DNA of 64,000 bases from positions 27,964,001 through 28,028,000 of the forward strand of contig CM059433.1 of the NCBI GenBank assembly GCA_030390025.1, given 5' to 3'. Shown here piece by piece: positions 13,045 to 26,389 of the stretch. This DNA is from Squalus acanthias (Eukaryota). A model generated the notes under the pieces. The model saw only the letters and a list, made by a program, of their open reading frames with translations. It had not been told where the DNA came from and made no database searches. How positions within the stretch are numbered: position 1 is the stretch's first letter; the number at the start of each line of letters is the position of its first letter. The translations under genes were made by a program, and so were the position numbers.

Positions 13045-16000
13045 TAAATCTGGAATAAAAAGCTAGTATCAGTAATGGTAACCATGAAACTATCGGATTG
13101 TCGTAAAAACCCATCTGGTTCACTAATGTCCTTTAGGGAAAGAAATCTGCCGTCCTTACCTGGTCTGGCCTATATGTGACTCCAGACCCACAGCAATGTG
13201 GTTGACTCTTAACTGCCCTCTGAAATGGCCTAGCAAGCCACTCAATTGTAACAAACCGCTACGAAACACAATAATAAGAATGAAACCGGACGGACCACCC
13301 GGCATCGACCTCCGCACCGGCTACGGACACGTCAACAGCACACCCAGCCCAGTCGACCTGGCAAAGTCCTCTCCACCAACATCTGGGGACTTGTGCCAAA
13401 ATTGGGAGAGCTGTCCCACAGACTAGTCAAGCAACAGCCTGACATAGTCATACTCACAGAATCATACCTTTCAGCCAATGTCCCAAACTCCTCCATCACC
13501 ATCCCTGGGTATGTCCTGTCCCACCGGCAGGGCAGACCCACCAGGGGTGGCGGCACAGTGGTATACAATTGGGAAGGAGTGGCCTGGACTCCTCAACATT
13601 GACTCCGGACCCCATGAAGTCTCATGGCTTCAGGTCAAGCATGGGCAAGGAAACCTCCTGCTAATTACCACTTACCGCCCTCGCTCAGCTTATGAATCAG
13701 TACTCCTCTATGTTGAACGCCACATGGAAGAAGCACAGAGTAGCAAGGACACAGAATGTACTCTGAGTGGGGGGTCTTCAACCTCCATCACCAAGAGTGG
13801 CTCGGTAGCACCACTACTGGCCGAGCTGGCTGAGTCCTGAAGGACATGACTGCCAGTCTGGGCCTGCGACAGGTGGTGAGAGAACCAACACGAAGGAAAA
13901 ACCTACTTGACCTCGTCCTCACCAATCTATCTGTCGCAGATGCATCTGTCCATGACAGTATTGGCAGCAGTGACCACCACACAGTCATTGTGGAGATGAA
14001 GTCCCGTCTTCACACTGAGGACACCCTCCATCGTGTTGTGTGGCACTACCACCGTGCTAAATGGGATAGATTCAGAACAGATCTCGCAGCTCAAAACTGG
14101 GCATCCATGAGGCGCTGCGGGCCATCAGCAGCAGCAGAATTGCAATCCACCACAATCTGTAACCTCATGGACCAGCATATCCCTCACTCTACCATTACCA
14201 TCAAGCCAGGGGACCAACCCTGGTTCAATAAGGAGTATAGAAGAGCATGCCAGGAGCAGCACCAGGCGTACCTAAAAATGAGGTGCCAACCTGGGGAAGC
14301 TGCAACACAGGACTACATGCATGCTAAAAAGCAGCATGCTATGGACAGGGCTAAGCAATCCCACAATCAACAGATCAGATCAAAGCTCTGCAGTCCTGCC
14401 ACATCCAGTCGTGAATGGTGGTGAACCATTAAACAACGGGAGGATGAGGCTCCATGAATATCCCCATCCTCAATGATGGTGGAGCCCAGCACGTGAGTGC
14501 AAAAGACAAGGCTGAAGCGTTTGCAACCATCTTCAGCCAGAAGTGCCGAGTGGATGATCCATATCAGCCTACTCCTGAGGTCCCCACCATCACAGAAGCC
14601 AGTCTTCAGCCAATTCAATTCACTCCACATGATGTCAAGAAACGGCTGAGCACACTGGATACAGCAAAGGCTATGGGCCCCGACAACATTCCGGCTATCG
14701 TGCTGAAGACTTGTGCTCTAGAACAAGCCGCGCCTCTAGCCAATCTGTTCCAGTGCAGCTGCAACACTGGCATCTATCCGACAATGTGGAAAACTGCCCA
14801 GGTATGTCCTGTCCACAAAAAGCAGGACAAATCCGATCCGGCCAATTACCGCCCCACCAGTCTACTCTCAATCATCAGCAAAGTAATGCAAGGTGTCATC
14901 GACAGTGCTATCAAGCGGCACTTACTCACGAATAACCTGCTCACTGATGCCCAGTTTGGGTTCCGCCAAGACCACTCGGCTCCTGACCTCATTACAGCCT
15001 TCGTCCAAACATGGACAAAGGAGCTGAATTCCAGAGGTGAGGTGAGAGTGACTGCCCTTGACATCAAGGCAGCATTTGACCGAGTGTGGCATCAAGGAGT
15101 CCTAGTAAAACTGAAGTCAATGGGAATCAGGGGGAAAACGCTCCACTGGCTGGAGTCATACCGAGCACAAAGGAAGATGGTTGTGGTGGTTGAAGGTCAA
15201 TTATCACAGCCCCAGGATATCGCTGCAGGAGTTCCTCAGGGCAGTGTCCGAGGCCCAACCATCTTCAGCTGCTTCATCAGTGACCTTCCCTCCAACATAA
15301 GGTCAGGAATGGGGATGTTTGCTGATGACTGCACAGTGTTCAGCGCCATTCGCAACTCCTCAGATAATGAAGCAGTACATGCCCACATGCAACAAGACCT
15401 GGACGACGTTCAGGCTTGGGCTGATTAGTGGCAGGTAACATTCGCACCACACAAGTGCCAGGCAATGACTATGTCCAACAAGTGAGAGTCTAACCAACTC
15501 CCCTTGACATTCAACAGCATTACCATCGCCGAATCCCCCACCATCAACATCCTGGGGGTCACCATTGACCAGAAACTTAACTGGACCAGCCACATAAATA
15601 CTGTGGCAACAAGAGCAGGACAGAGGCTCGGTATTCTGCGGCAAGTGTCTCACCTCCTGACTCCCCAAAGCCTTTCCACCATTTACAAGGCACAAGTAAG
15701 GAGTGTGATGGAATACTCTCCACTTGCCTGTAAGAGTGCAGCTCCAACAACACTCAAGAAGCTCGACACCATCCAGGACAAAGCAGCCCGCTTGACTGGC
15801 ACCCCATCCACCACCATAAACATTCACTCCCTCCACCACCGACGTACCGTGGCTGCAGTGTGTACCATCTACAAGATGCACTGCAGCAACTCGCCAAGGC
15901 TTCTTCAGCAGCACCTTCCAAAACCGTGACCTCTTCCACCTAGAAGGACAAGGGCAGCAGGCGCATGATAACACCACCACCTCCAAGTTCCCCCCAAGTC

Positions 16001-16219
16001 ACACACCATCCTGACTTGGAAATCTATCGCCGATCTTCATCGTCGCTGGGTCAAAATTCTGGAACTCCATCCCTAACAGCACTGTGAGAGTACCTTCACC
16101 ACATGGACTGCAGCGGTTCAAGGTGGCGGCTCACCACCACCTTCTCAAGGGCAATTAGGGATGGGCAATAAATGCTGGCCTTGTTAGCGATGCCCACATC
16201 CCATAAACAAATAAAAAAA
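13045..16219 (+). mobile_element. Single-ORF non-LTR retrotransposon (CR1/L2 group; APE + RT), degenerate, with A-tail and 8-bp TSD
   Basis: APE motifs (PDIVILTES, LLDLVLTN, SDH); RT motifs (NYRP, QFGFR, LDIKAAFDRVWH, GVPQGS, FADD). TSD ATGACCCA at 13037-13044 and 16220-16227. Confidence 0.9.
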
Positions 16220-16250
16220 ATGACCCAACATCTTAACCGCTTGACATAAT

Positions 16251-16835
16251 GGGTTCGTTTCCGCTCGGTTGTGCTGGGTATTTCGGCGCAATTAGCCCGA
16301 AATCACCTTAACCAGCGCAAAAGATCGTGGAATTTCAAGCGCAAATTACATACCACAATCTTTTGCACTAGTTTAAAATACATTGCGCTAGAAGCTGGCC
16401 CCGCCCACAAATCTTGTCACACCCCCAAAATGCATTAATCACCATGGCCACTAATTGCACCCATTTGCGAGCCTTTGGGCTGGGTTCTTAAAATTGAGCA
16501 GTTTCGTTTGGGCGTAAGGACACTAATAGGTACATTTTGAAAGCTTTTGAATATAATTTTCTTTTAATTTACTAAGAAACTGACGACTGTACCCCACTAT
16601 AACCTGGTTCTGTAGTTTTTTCTTAAAGTCACTATAAATATATCGAGGAATATCTTTCAAAGCTTTTTTAAAAAAATACGTTTGAAAACACTGCCTGATT
16701 GCGCTGGTTCATGGCAGATTTCGCGTTTCGCGATAGGCAAATGAGTTAGAATAGAAACTCAAGAAAAACACTTCTCAAAACGAGAGCAATTTGCACCTGG
16801 ATCGTCGATCGCGCCCAAAGCAGAAACTCTACCCC
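16251..16835. mobile_element. Probable degenerate Harbinger-like MITE
   Basis: Imperfect TIRs GGGTTCGTTTCCGCT / AGCAGAAACTCTACCCC, AAT on both flanks, CpG-rich arms and AT-rich core. Confidence 0.4.
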
Positions 16836-17234
16836 AATGTCTGTTAGTTTCAATGGTAGTTCACAGCTAACCATTCATCCCAGTGAAACAATTCATATTA
16901 GTTACACCCAGAGAGTGATAGGCCCGACAATATCTGAACCTGGTTAACCTGCAAGAAATAATAAAATTTGCATCAGATACACCGACTTAATCTGCTCATT
17001 GGCAACTACACGAGAATGCACTGGCTGACAATGATCACATGACGCATCAGCTGAATAAATGGTGTAAACGGCCATTTATGCTGTTTAGCCAGAGCTTTTG
17101 TAGAACTTCCACCGCATCTGCTGCGCTCTATGCCTGTTTTACACAGCAAGTTATGATGATCTGGAATGCACTGCCTGAAAAGGTGGTGGAAGCAGATTCA
17201 GCAATAACTTTCAAAAGGGAATGGGATATATAAT

Positions 17235-18570
17235 ATGATTGGGCAGAGGCAACACGGATTTAAGAAAGTGAAATTGTGTTTGACAAATCTGTTAAGAGTT
17301 ATTTGAGGCTGTAACTAGCAGGGTGGATAAGGGGGAACGAGTGGATGTAATGCATTTTGATTTTCAGAAAGCATTCGATAAGATGCCACATAAAATCAGG
17401 GCTCATGGGATTGGGGGTAATATATTAGCATGGGTTGAGGATTGGTTAATGGAGTAAACGGGTCATTTTCAGGTTAGCAGACTGTAACTAGTTGGGTACT
17501 GCAAGGATCAGTGCTTAGGCCTCAGCTATTCACAATCTAGATCAATGGCTTAGATGAGGGGACCGAGTGTAATCTATCCAAGTTTACGGACGATACAAAG
17601 CTAGGTGAGAAAGTAAGTGGAGAGGAGGATGCGAAGAGGCTGCAAAGGGATATACACAGGGTAAGTGAGTGGCAAGAAAGTGGCAGATGGAATATAATGT
17701 GGAGAAATGTGAAGTTATTCACTTTGATAGGAAAAATAGAAAAGCAGAATCTTTTTTAAATGGAGAGAGACTGGGAAATGTTGGTATTCAGAGGGACCTA
17801 GGTGCCCTTGTTCACGAATCACAGAAAATTAACATGCAGGTACAACAAGCAATTAGGAAACCAACTGGTATTTAGCCTTTATTGCAAAAGGATTGGAGTA
17901 CAAGAGTAAAGATGTCTTACTGCAATTATATAGGGCCCTGGTGAGACCACACCTGGAGTACTGTGTACAGTTTTGGTCTGCTTACCTAAGGATGGATGTA
18001 CTTAAGGAAGGAGTGCAACGAAGGTTCACCAGACTAATTCCTGGGATGAGAGGATTGCCCTTCGAGATTGAGTAGACTAGGCCTATGTTCCCTAGAGTTT
18101 AGAAGAATGAGAGGTGATCTCATTTAAACCTATAAAATTCTTAAGGGGCTTGACAGGGTAGAAGCTGGGAGGATGGCGAGTCTAGAACTTGGGGTCACAG
18201 TGTCAGAATAAGGGGTCGGCCATTTACGACTGAGATGAGGAGAAATTTCTTCACTCAAAGGGTTGTGAATCTTTGGAACTCTCTGCCCCATTGCTCAGTC
18301 GTTCAGTACATGCAATTCTGAGATCAATAGATTTTTGGACACTAATGGAATCAAGGGATATGGGGACAGTGCGGGAAAGTGGAGTTGAGGTAAAAGATCA
18401 GCCTACTCCTGCTCCTATTTCTTACGTTCTTATATACTTGAAAAGGAAAAATTTGCAGGGCTATGGGGCAAGAGCAGGGGAGTAAGACTAATTGGAGAGC
18501 TCTTTCAGAGAGCTGGCACAGGCACGTTAGGCCAGATGGCCGCCTTCTGTGCTGTATCATTCTACGATTC
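17235..18570 (+). mobile_element. CR1 LINE RT and 3' fragments
   Basis: WQMEYNVEKCEVIHF and LYRALVRPHLEYCVQFWS. Confidence 0.85.
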
Positions 18571-18818
18571 TACTGCCAACAATCATTTGCTGAAATGACT
18601 GTCAGAATTGTGGTTTGTGATGTGAATCTGGTTTCCCAAGACATAAGCCACTGTTTCTAATTTCAATGATGCAACGCAGCAATTCATCACCCAACCATCT
18701 CTTCAATAATTCATGATCTGCTGTCTCAAAGGTGTCTGCTACTAAATACTTCAAGAACTTCAAAGCAAAATATGGCTATATTTGGTTACTAGACAGGGCT
18801 TCTCCTCGGTCTAACAGA

Positions 18819-19040
18819 TGTCTGTGTGGAGTTTGCACATTCTCCCCGTGTCTGCGTGGGTTTCCTCCGGGTGCTCCGGTTTCCTCCCACAGTCCATTAA
18901 TTTGGCTATGATAAATTGACCCTTAGTGTTAGGGGGATTAAATACGTGGGGTTACGGGGATAGGGTGGGATGTGTGTCAGTGCAGGCTCGATGGGCCGAA
19001 ATGGCCTCTATCTGCACTGTGGGGATTCTGTGATTCTGTG
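18819..19040 (+). mobile_element. V-SINE (HE1-like) fragment with CR1-type tail
   Basis: V-domain GTGTGGAGTTTGCACATTCTCCCCGTGTCTGCGTGGGTTTCCTCCGGGTGCTCCGGTTTCCTCCCACA; tail GATGGGCCGAAATGGCCT...GATTCT. Confidence 0.8.
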
Positions 19041-19055
19041 AAAAGTAGTCCAGAC

Positions 19056-19209
19056 CAATGTTCCCTCTAATTTTGTTTTGGGCCGTGGGGGCCCTGTGCG
19101 GCCCATTCATAAATCCGCGCAGGTGCGGTTTATGCATTTAAAAGCCAGTGAGCCAGTTGCGCGGGAGCTCCAGACCGCTGCACGGCCGCGTAGCTTAAAG
19201 GGAACATTG
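19056..19209. mobile_element. hAT MITE, CAATGTTCCC family
   Basis: TIR CAATGTTCCC/GGGAACATTG; TSD GTCCAGAC/GTCCAGAG. Confidence 0.8.
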
Positions 19210-19215
19210 GTCCAG

Positions 19216-19655
19216 AGCCATGGCTCAATGGGTAGCATTCTCGCCTCAGAGCCAGAAGGTTGTGGGTTCAAGTCCCATTCCAGAGACTTGAGCACAAAAT
19301 CTAGGCCAACACTCCAGTGCAATACTGAGGGGATGCTGCACTGTTGGAGATGCCATCTTTTGGATGAGACCTTAAAGTGAGGCCCTCTCAGGTGGAAGTA
19401 AAAGATCGCAGAAGAGCAGAGGAGTTCTCCCCAGTGTCCTGGCCAATATTTATCCCTCAACCAACATCACTAAACAGATTATCTGGACGTTGTCACATTA
19501 CTGTTTGTGGGACCTTGCTGTGCGCAAATTGGCGACCGCATTTCCTACATTACAAGAGTGGCTATACTTCTAAAGTACTTCACTGCCTGTAAAGCGCTTT
19601 GGGACGTCCTGAGGTTGTGAAAGGCGCGACATAAATGCAAATCTTTTCTTTTTAT
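19216..19655 (+). mobile_element. Deu-domain tRNA SINE (SacSINE1/AmnSINE1-related), full length
   Basis: A/B boxes (TGGCTCAATGG, GGTTCAAGTCCC), Deu core, L2-like tail ending ATAAATGCAA. Confidence 0.85.
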
Positions 19656-22155
19656 CTATTTACCTGGGCCTCTTCTGGTTACGTTACGATCCGGTCTGTC
19701 GCCTTTAACTCGCAGGTCTGGGACAGTACGGGCCTTAGTCAGACCAGTGTTAAAATCGCATTCGCATAGCAATAGCGCCATCGGACCGCGACTTCGCCTC
19801 TGCTTGCCTGGGGCAGGCAGCCGTGCTGAAGCCAGAGAATGGCCGGTTAAAATGCTGTGCGTCGTGAACAGGCGGCCTCCAGCCACGATTTTAACCCCCC
19901 CACTCGCCTTTTCCCACTGCACAGACTGGGTTAAAATCGGGAGGTGGCAGCACACCTGAACTTTCTAACTAACAATGATAAACTGTAACTTAATTCCTTG
20001 TGGGCCGTTTCTCGGTCTTTTCTCTACATTTATTGTGCTGTATAGTATTGCCTGATATCTTGGCTTCAGTAAATTACATTTGGTGTAAAAAAAAGTTATC
20101 TTAAACACCAAGAAATTTCCTTTTCTTATCTGCAGGTTAGTGACTCAATCACAGTTGCACTCCTGATCCCAAGTGCCCTCCGTGTCCCATTCCCACCCCA
20201 CTTACAGCCAGAATCCTTCACGACTGTTAAATGCCCTTCACAGATTAGATATGGCAACAATACCAGATCAGTAATTGAATCTCATTTTAGAAAGTGAGTT
20301 AAAAGGTGCAGAGGAGATTTACTAGAATGGTTATGTCAAGAGACTGGAGAAGCTGGGGTTGTTCTTAGACCAGAGAAGGTATGGGGGAGATGTAATAGAT
20401 GTGTTCAAAATTATGAGTGGTTTTGGTAAGAGTAGATAGGGAGAAACTGATTCCACTGGCAGGAGGGGCAATAACCAGAGGACACAGATTTAAGATAATT
20501 GGCAAAAGAACCAGGAGGGGAGATGATCTGAAACGAACTGCCTTGAAAGGTGGAGAAACAGATTCAATAATAAATTTCAAAAGGAAATTAGATCTATACT
20601 TCAAAAAGGAAAAATTTGCAAAGTTATAGGGAGAGAGGAGCGGAGTGGGACTAATTGGATAGCTCTTTCAAAGAGCTGGCACAGGCAGGATGGGCCAAAT
20701 GGCCTCCTTCTGTGCTGTGAGATTCTATAAATACGAGATGCCCTTTTCAATTGGTTCGCAGACTGGTGCTGCTACTAGTTTCCTCGCTCCATGAAACGAG
20801 TTACCAACAGTCAAGTAAAATTGCGGCACAAGTTAAAGAAACGTCCTCAAGATGGGTACAGCACAGCACGAGTTGATGGAGCTGCGGCCTGCTGGAAAGG
20901 GGCAGGGCACTCCAGAGCACTTGGGGGGAGTTCACCCGTAACCTCAGCGTAAATTTGAAGTAAGACACAAACCAAGCAGAGCTTGTTTGAATGAGAACAT
21001 TCCAGCAAATTTACCTCTGGCACTCTTGTGGCGGGTGGGGAAGGGCTGTTGAGAACACTCCATAAACTCATTAACACCAACTTTGATCCAACTGTTCTTG
21101 GCCCAGAGGAATTGCGAGACGAACAAAGACCCTGGTCCATCTAGTTCCCCTTCTACCATCCTGGTAGTCGCATGATACAATGATAATGAGTTGCTGACTC
21201 ATCATAGCAATCAATCTCGATCAATTAGCCTACAACAGACCCAGACATGAGGTGAGGAAAACCCCACTGATGGAGAGCTTTGGGAAACATAGGTCCAAAC
21301 TCACCGGTTCCTCCCAAGCATGCTACACTCACATGTCATGTCTCAAATTACTCAAATACTTCATCTCAATTTTCTGAAAGAAATCTGTCTAATTTGCATT
21401 ATAATGAATCAATACTAATTGCTCCCACTGTTTGCCTAGGGAGCCTGTTCCACTACGGACCACTCGCTGTAAACCAAAATAGTATTTTCTTAAAGATTAC
21501 AATTTCATTTTTGCTTCATTCCATTGGTAGCATGGTGTGCCCAGGTAGGAATTTGAACTTTTCTCCAACCAGTCTCCTCACCTTCCTAAAAAGTCACACT
21601 CTTAATTCCATCATTGTTGTTTGAATCAAATATGCCCCCATCTCTTGCCCTGAACATGCTCTGCGTTTTTGCTGTTGTGCTTTTGAACATCTCCTTCAAG
21701 CTTGCCCACACAAGGGTGGATCTGAGTCCATCTGAATACCCAGTTCCTGTTGAACAGGGCCGTTAACTGCTGTAACTTGTACACTTTCTACCTCACACAT
21801 GCACCATTGGACGTCGTACATCATATGAACAAAATTCACTCGCTGCACAAAAATACAGCTTTGCATTGTATATGCGTCAATACCATTGTACTTTGTTGCA
21901 TGCCTTCCTGCCCCCACTTTCAGCTGTCTGAACCTTTGGCACATCAGTTGGATAAAGCCAACAGACTGACAAACTCATGGCCTCGATGGTGTCAACCATG
22001 GCTCAGTTGAGAGCACTCTCGCCTCGGAGTCAGATGCTGGGGCAGGACATGTTGATCCAGGACAGTGCTGGGAGCAACCCAGGAGAAAAATCATAGGGGG
22101 GTATTACAAAAAAAAAAGGTTCAACAAATTGTTTATTAGTTATAAAAGTGTTGAA

Positions 22156-22157
<2 letters not shown>

Positions 22158-22189
<32 letters not shown>
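22158..22189. repeat. Poly-G run (also poly-C near 39968-40000 and poly-G near 46528-46549)
   Basis: Read directly. Confidence 0.85.
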
Positions 22190-22190
<1 letters not shown>

Positions 22191-22595
22191 GGAAGGATGT
22201 TTGACCTGACAGTCAAGAATCATCCAATCGGGTAACAGGGTTTGCTCGATTTCCAATTGGCTGAGGGAAGGCGGGGCACCATGGGGATGGACACGTTGGG
22301 TAACCAACGTTGGGTAACCAACGGTGGGAGCATGGGGGCAGGGCAGTTAGAGGAAGAACGTCATGTGATGAAACCTCCAGGAATACATCCAGCCAGAGTT
22401 GGCAACCCGACAGTGAATTCCACTGAATAGACACCAAGTCAAAATTGCACAAGTGGGCAATACAAAAGCTTGCAGGAAGGTTCAACGGTACACAGGCCGA
22501 GGATCAAAGTTTTAAGAAATTCCACTTTAACCAATGCTTTGGTCCACAGCTGATTGGCCACCTGAAAGGAGGGGGGGGGGGTGCGAAAGCAGACT

Positions 22596-22598
<3 letters not shown>

Positions 22599-22655
<57 letters not shown>
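22599..22655. repeat. (GA)n microsatellite
   Basis: Perfect dinucleotide run. Confidence 0.95.
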
Positions 22656-22660
<5 letters not shown>

Positions 22661-24465
22661 CATTTCAGAGTTAAAATCGAGAAGATTAATAGCACAAAGG
22701 TTAAACGGAAACAAACATCCGCAATCCCACACGAGGACTCACTGTCTCTGGACTTTCGACTTAGTTAAAAAAAAAGGTTTGTTGTGAGGCCAGGATAAAT
22801 GAACAGTAAGCACAATTAGAAAAAGAAAATTCGTAGAAAACACAAATCCAGTCTTCAAAAGGCTGAATGAAGCTGACTAAATTTTCTTTAACATTCCAGG
22901 GAGCAAGATGTTATAATGTTGTACAGTTACTGCCATAGGATGTACAGTCTTATCATGGGTAAATCAGAAAGTAAGGGGTGTGCGCGCATCATTCTGTAAA
23001 CAGATCACGCAAGTGAAGTCACATGATCTTTCTTGTGTAAGTGCCAATGCAGATGGGTCTTCCCACACATGTAGGGTTGCCAACCCTCCAGGATTGGCCT
23101 GGAGTCTCCAGGAATTAGAGATTAATCCCCTGGACACTCCAGGAGAAAAATCATAGGGCGCAATAGAAAAAAAGTGTTGTTTTTTTTTACATTTTCTTCA
23201 AATACCTTTGTTTATTAGTTATAAAAATATTGAAAATGCAAAAAAGTTTGTTCTGTGGGAAGGCTGTGAGGAAGTGCAAGGTGACCAATGGCAGGAGTGT
23301 GATTAATACGGTTTGTGGGAGCTTGCTGTGCGCAATCTAGCTGCCGTGTTTCCCACATTACAAAAGTGACTACACTGCAACAGTAATTAATTCGCTGTAA
23401 AGCACTTTGGAACATCCCGAGGTCATAAAGGCGCTATAGAAATGCAGGTTCTCATTCTGTGTTCAGCATTCCCACAGACAACAAGCACGCAGTCCGTGGT
23501 TTTGTGTAGTTGTTAGTCTGTTGCTGTGGAATCTGCCCCACATCATAAAACTGTCAGTAACCTGTGGGTGATGTTACAGCCTACATCTTCAACAAAACGA
23601 GAGTGCCAACTTCAATGAAACTTGGAGCATCTTTGTAAAAGACTAAATGATCAAATTTAGCCTGATTTACAATGTAATATTTTTAGAATCATCTCCATCA
23701 TCAATCCAACTCCCTTCTCAATGCAACACTGAGGGAGGGCCGAATTGTCAGAGGTGCCATCTTTCAGAAGAGACATTAATCTGAGGCCCCATCTACTTGT
23801 GGATGTGAAATATCCTCCGGCACTACTTGAAGATCAGGAAGTTCTCCAGGTGTCCAAATCAATATTTCACCCTCAATGGCCACTTTGTGGGATCTTGCTA
23901 TGCGCAAGTCAGCATTTGCCAACCTAACTATGCTTCAAAAGTAATTTATTGTTTATGATGTGCTTTGGAGCATCTGAGGACATAATGAGGGTGCTAGTTC
24001 TTTCTCTCCTCTTTTACATTGCATGCACAGATTTATGTAACTCCAGCTTTTGTTTATAACCATAGTGAGTGAAGAGGGTTATTTAAATAAACAATTTAAA
24101 CAACAGCAACACATGGAAGATGTCTCATTTCATACTTTACATAGAATGTACAGCACAGAAACAGGCCATTTGCCCAACTGGTCTATGCCGGTGTTTATGC
24201 TCCACACGAGCTTCCTCCAACCGCTCTTCATCTAACCCTATCAGCATATCCTTCTATTGCTTTCTCCCTCATGTTGCCTATTTGCCTCAACTACTCCATG
24301 TGGTAGCGAGTTCCACATTCTAACCACTCACTAAGAGTACTGGGGTCCACAGGCAAGAACACAGCCAAATACAGGAACCAGCAAGCTCTGCTCGTTGCAT
24401 TCGGTCCATCAAGTACCCGATCAGATTCTTCAACAAATATTAGATACCAAGCACCTGCTGGCAGC

Positions 24466-24709
24466 AGAGAGAGAGCGCGAGACAGAGAGCGAAAGTGCCA
24501 GAGCGGGCGCGAGCCAGCCAGAGAGAGCGAGAGAGAGCGAGAGAGAGCCAGCCAGCGAGAGAGAGTGAGCCAGCCAGCGAGCGGGAGCGAGCCAGAGAGA
24601 GAGCGCGAGCGAACGAGCGAGCCAGAGAGAGAGAGAGAGAGAGAGAGTGAGCACGAGCCAGAGAGAAAGGAGAGAGAAAGGAGAGAGAGAAAGAAAGAGA
24701 GAGAGAAAA

Positions 24710-24748
<39 letters not shown>

Positions 24749-25378
24749 GAAAGAGAGAGAAAGAGAGAAAAAGAGAGAGAAAGAGAGAGAAAGAGAGAGA
24801 AAGAGAGAGAGAGCGTGCGTGCCAGAGAGAGAGAAAGAGAGAGAAAGAGAGAGAGAAAGAGAAAGAGAAAGAGAAAGAGAAAGAGAAAGAGAAAGAGAAA
24901 GAGAAAGAGAAAGAGAAAGGAGAGAGAGAAAGAGAGAAAAAAAGAGAAAAAGAGAAAGAGAGAAAGAGAGAGAGAAAGAAAAAGAAGAAAGAGAGCGCGC
25001 GCGAGCCAGAGAAAGAAAAAGCCAGAGAGAGAGAGAGAGAGAGAGAGCACGAGCCAGAGAGAGAAAGAGAGCACGAGCCAGAGAGAGAAAGAGCGAGAAA
25101 AAGAGAGCGAGAAAAAGAGAGCGCGAGCCAGAGAGAGAGAAAGAGAGCGCGAGCCAGAGAGAAAAAGAGAAAAAGAGAAAAAGAGAAAAAGGAGCGCGAG
25201 CCAGAGAGAGAAAGAGAGCGAGAGAAAGAGAGCGCGAGCCTGAGAGAGAAAAAGGAGAGCCAGAGAGAGAAAGAGAGCGCGAGCCAGAGAGAGAAAGAGA
25301 GCGAGAGAAAGAGAGCGCGAGCCTGAGAGAGAAAAAGGAGAGCCAGAGAGAGAAAGAGAGCGCGAGCCAGAGAGAGAG

Positions 25379-25418
<40 letters not shown>

Positions 25419-25594
25419 CGAGGCAGAGAGAAAGAGAGCGCGAGCCAGAGAGAGAAAGAGAAAAAGAGAAAGAGGAGAGAGAAAGAGAGCGCGAGCCAGA
25501 GAGAGAGAGAGAGAAGAGAGAAAGAAGAGAGAAGAGAGAAAGAGAGAAGGAGAGAGAGAGAGCGCGCGAGCCAGAGAGAGAGAAAGAGCGCGAG

Positions 25595-25674
<80 letters not shown>

Positions 25675-25734
25675 AGAGCGCGAGCCAGAGAGAGAAAGAG
25701 AGCGCGAGCCAGAGAGAGAGAGAGAGAGAGCGAG

Positions 25735-25780
<46 letters not shown>

Positions 25781-25793
25781 AAGAGAGCGCGAG

Positions 25794-25865
<72 letters not shown>

Positions 25866-25927
25866 CGCGAGCCAGAGAGAGAAAAAAAGAGAAAAAGAGA
25901 GAGCACGAGCCAGAGAGAGAGTGCGAG

Positions 25928-26023
<96 letters not shown>

Positions 26024-26265
26024 CGCGAGCCAGAGAGAGAGAGAGAAAAAGAGAGAGCGAGCCAGAGAGAGAGAGAGAGAGAGAGCGCGAGCCAGAGAGA
26101 AGAGAGCGAGCGAGCCAGAGAGAGAGAGAAAGAGAGAGCGAGCGAGCCAGGGAGAGAGAGAGAAAGAGAGCGAGCCAGGGGCACAGACGGGAAGAGAGCG
26201 AACCACAGACAGAAAGACAGCGAGCCAGAGAATGAGACAGACAGAGAGACGCACACAGAGAGCAG
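24466..26265. repeat. 1.8 kb complex GA-rich tract with about 30 interspersed CGAGCC(A/T)G motifs and a (GAGAAA)n block
   Basis: Read directly; the + strand is almost devoid of T. Confidence 0.95.
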
Positions 26266-26389
26266 ATTACAATAAACCAGGAGGTTAGATAAAAATCACA
26301 GCTCATTATCATGAAGATAGTTCAATCTGATGGCATACCAATAGGACATGGCCCAATGTTTCCTTCAGGCCAGATATGGAGTATCCATT

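Noticed and set aside
13196..13426. 2A peptide or ORF1 upstream of the LINE endonuclease
   Set aside because: No D(V/I)ExNPGP motif and no recognisable ORF1 domain.
22158..22189. Poly-G as a functional G-quadruplex
   Set aside because: It lies inside a MITE and homopolymer length is unreliable; nothing supports function.
24291..26312. Long ORFs (up to 673 aa) of SL or ER dipeptides on both strands
   Set aside because: Artefacts of a GA tract that lacks stop codons; all frames are open.
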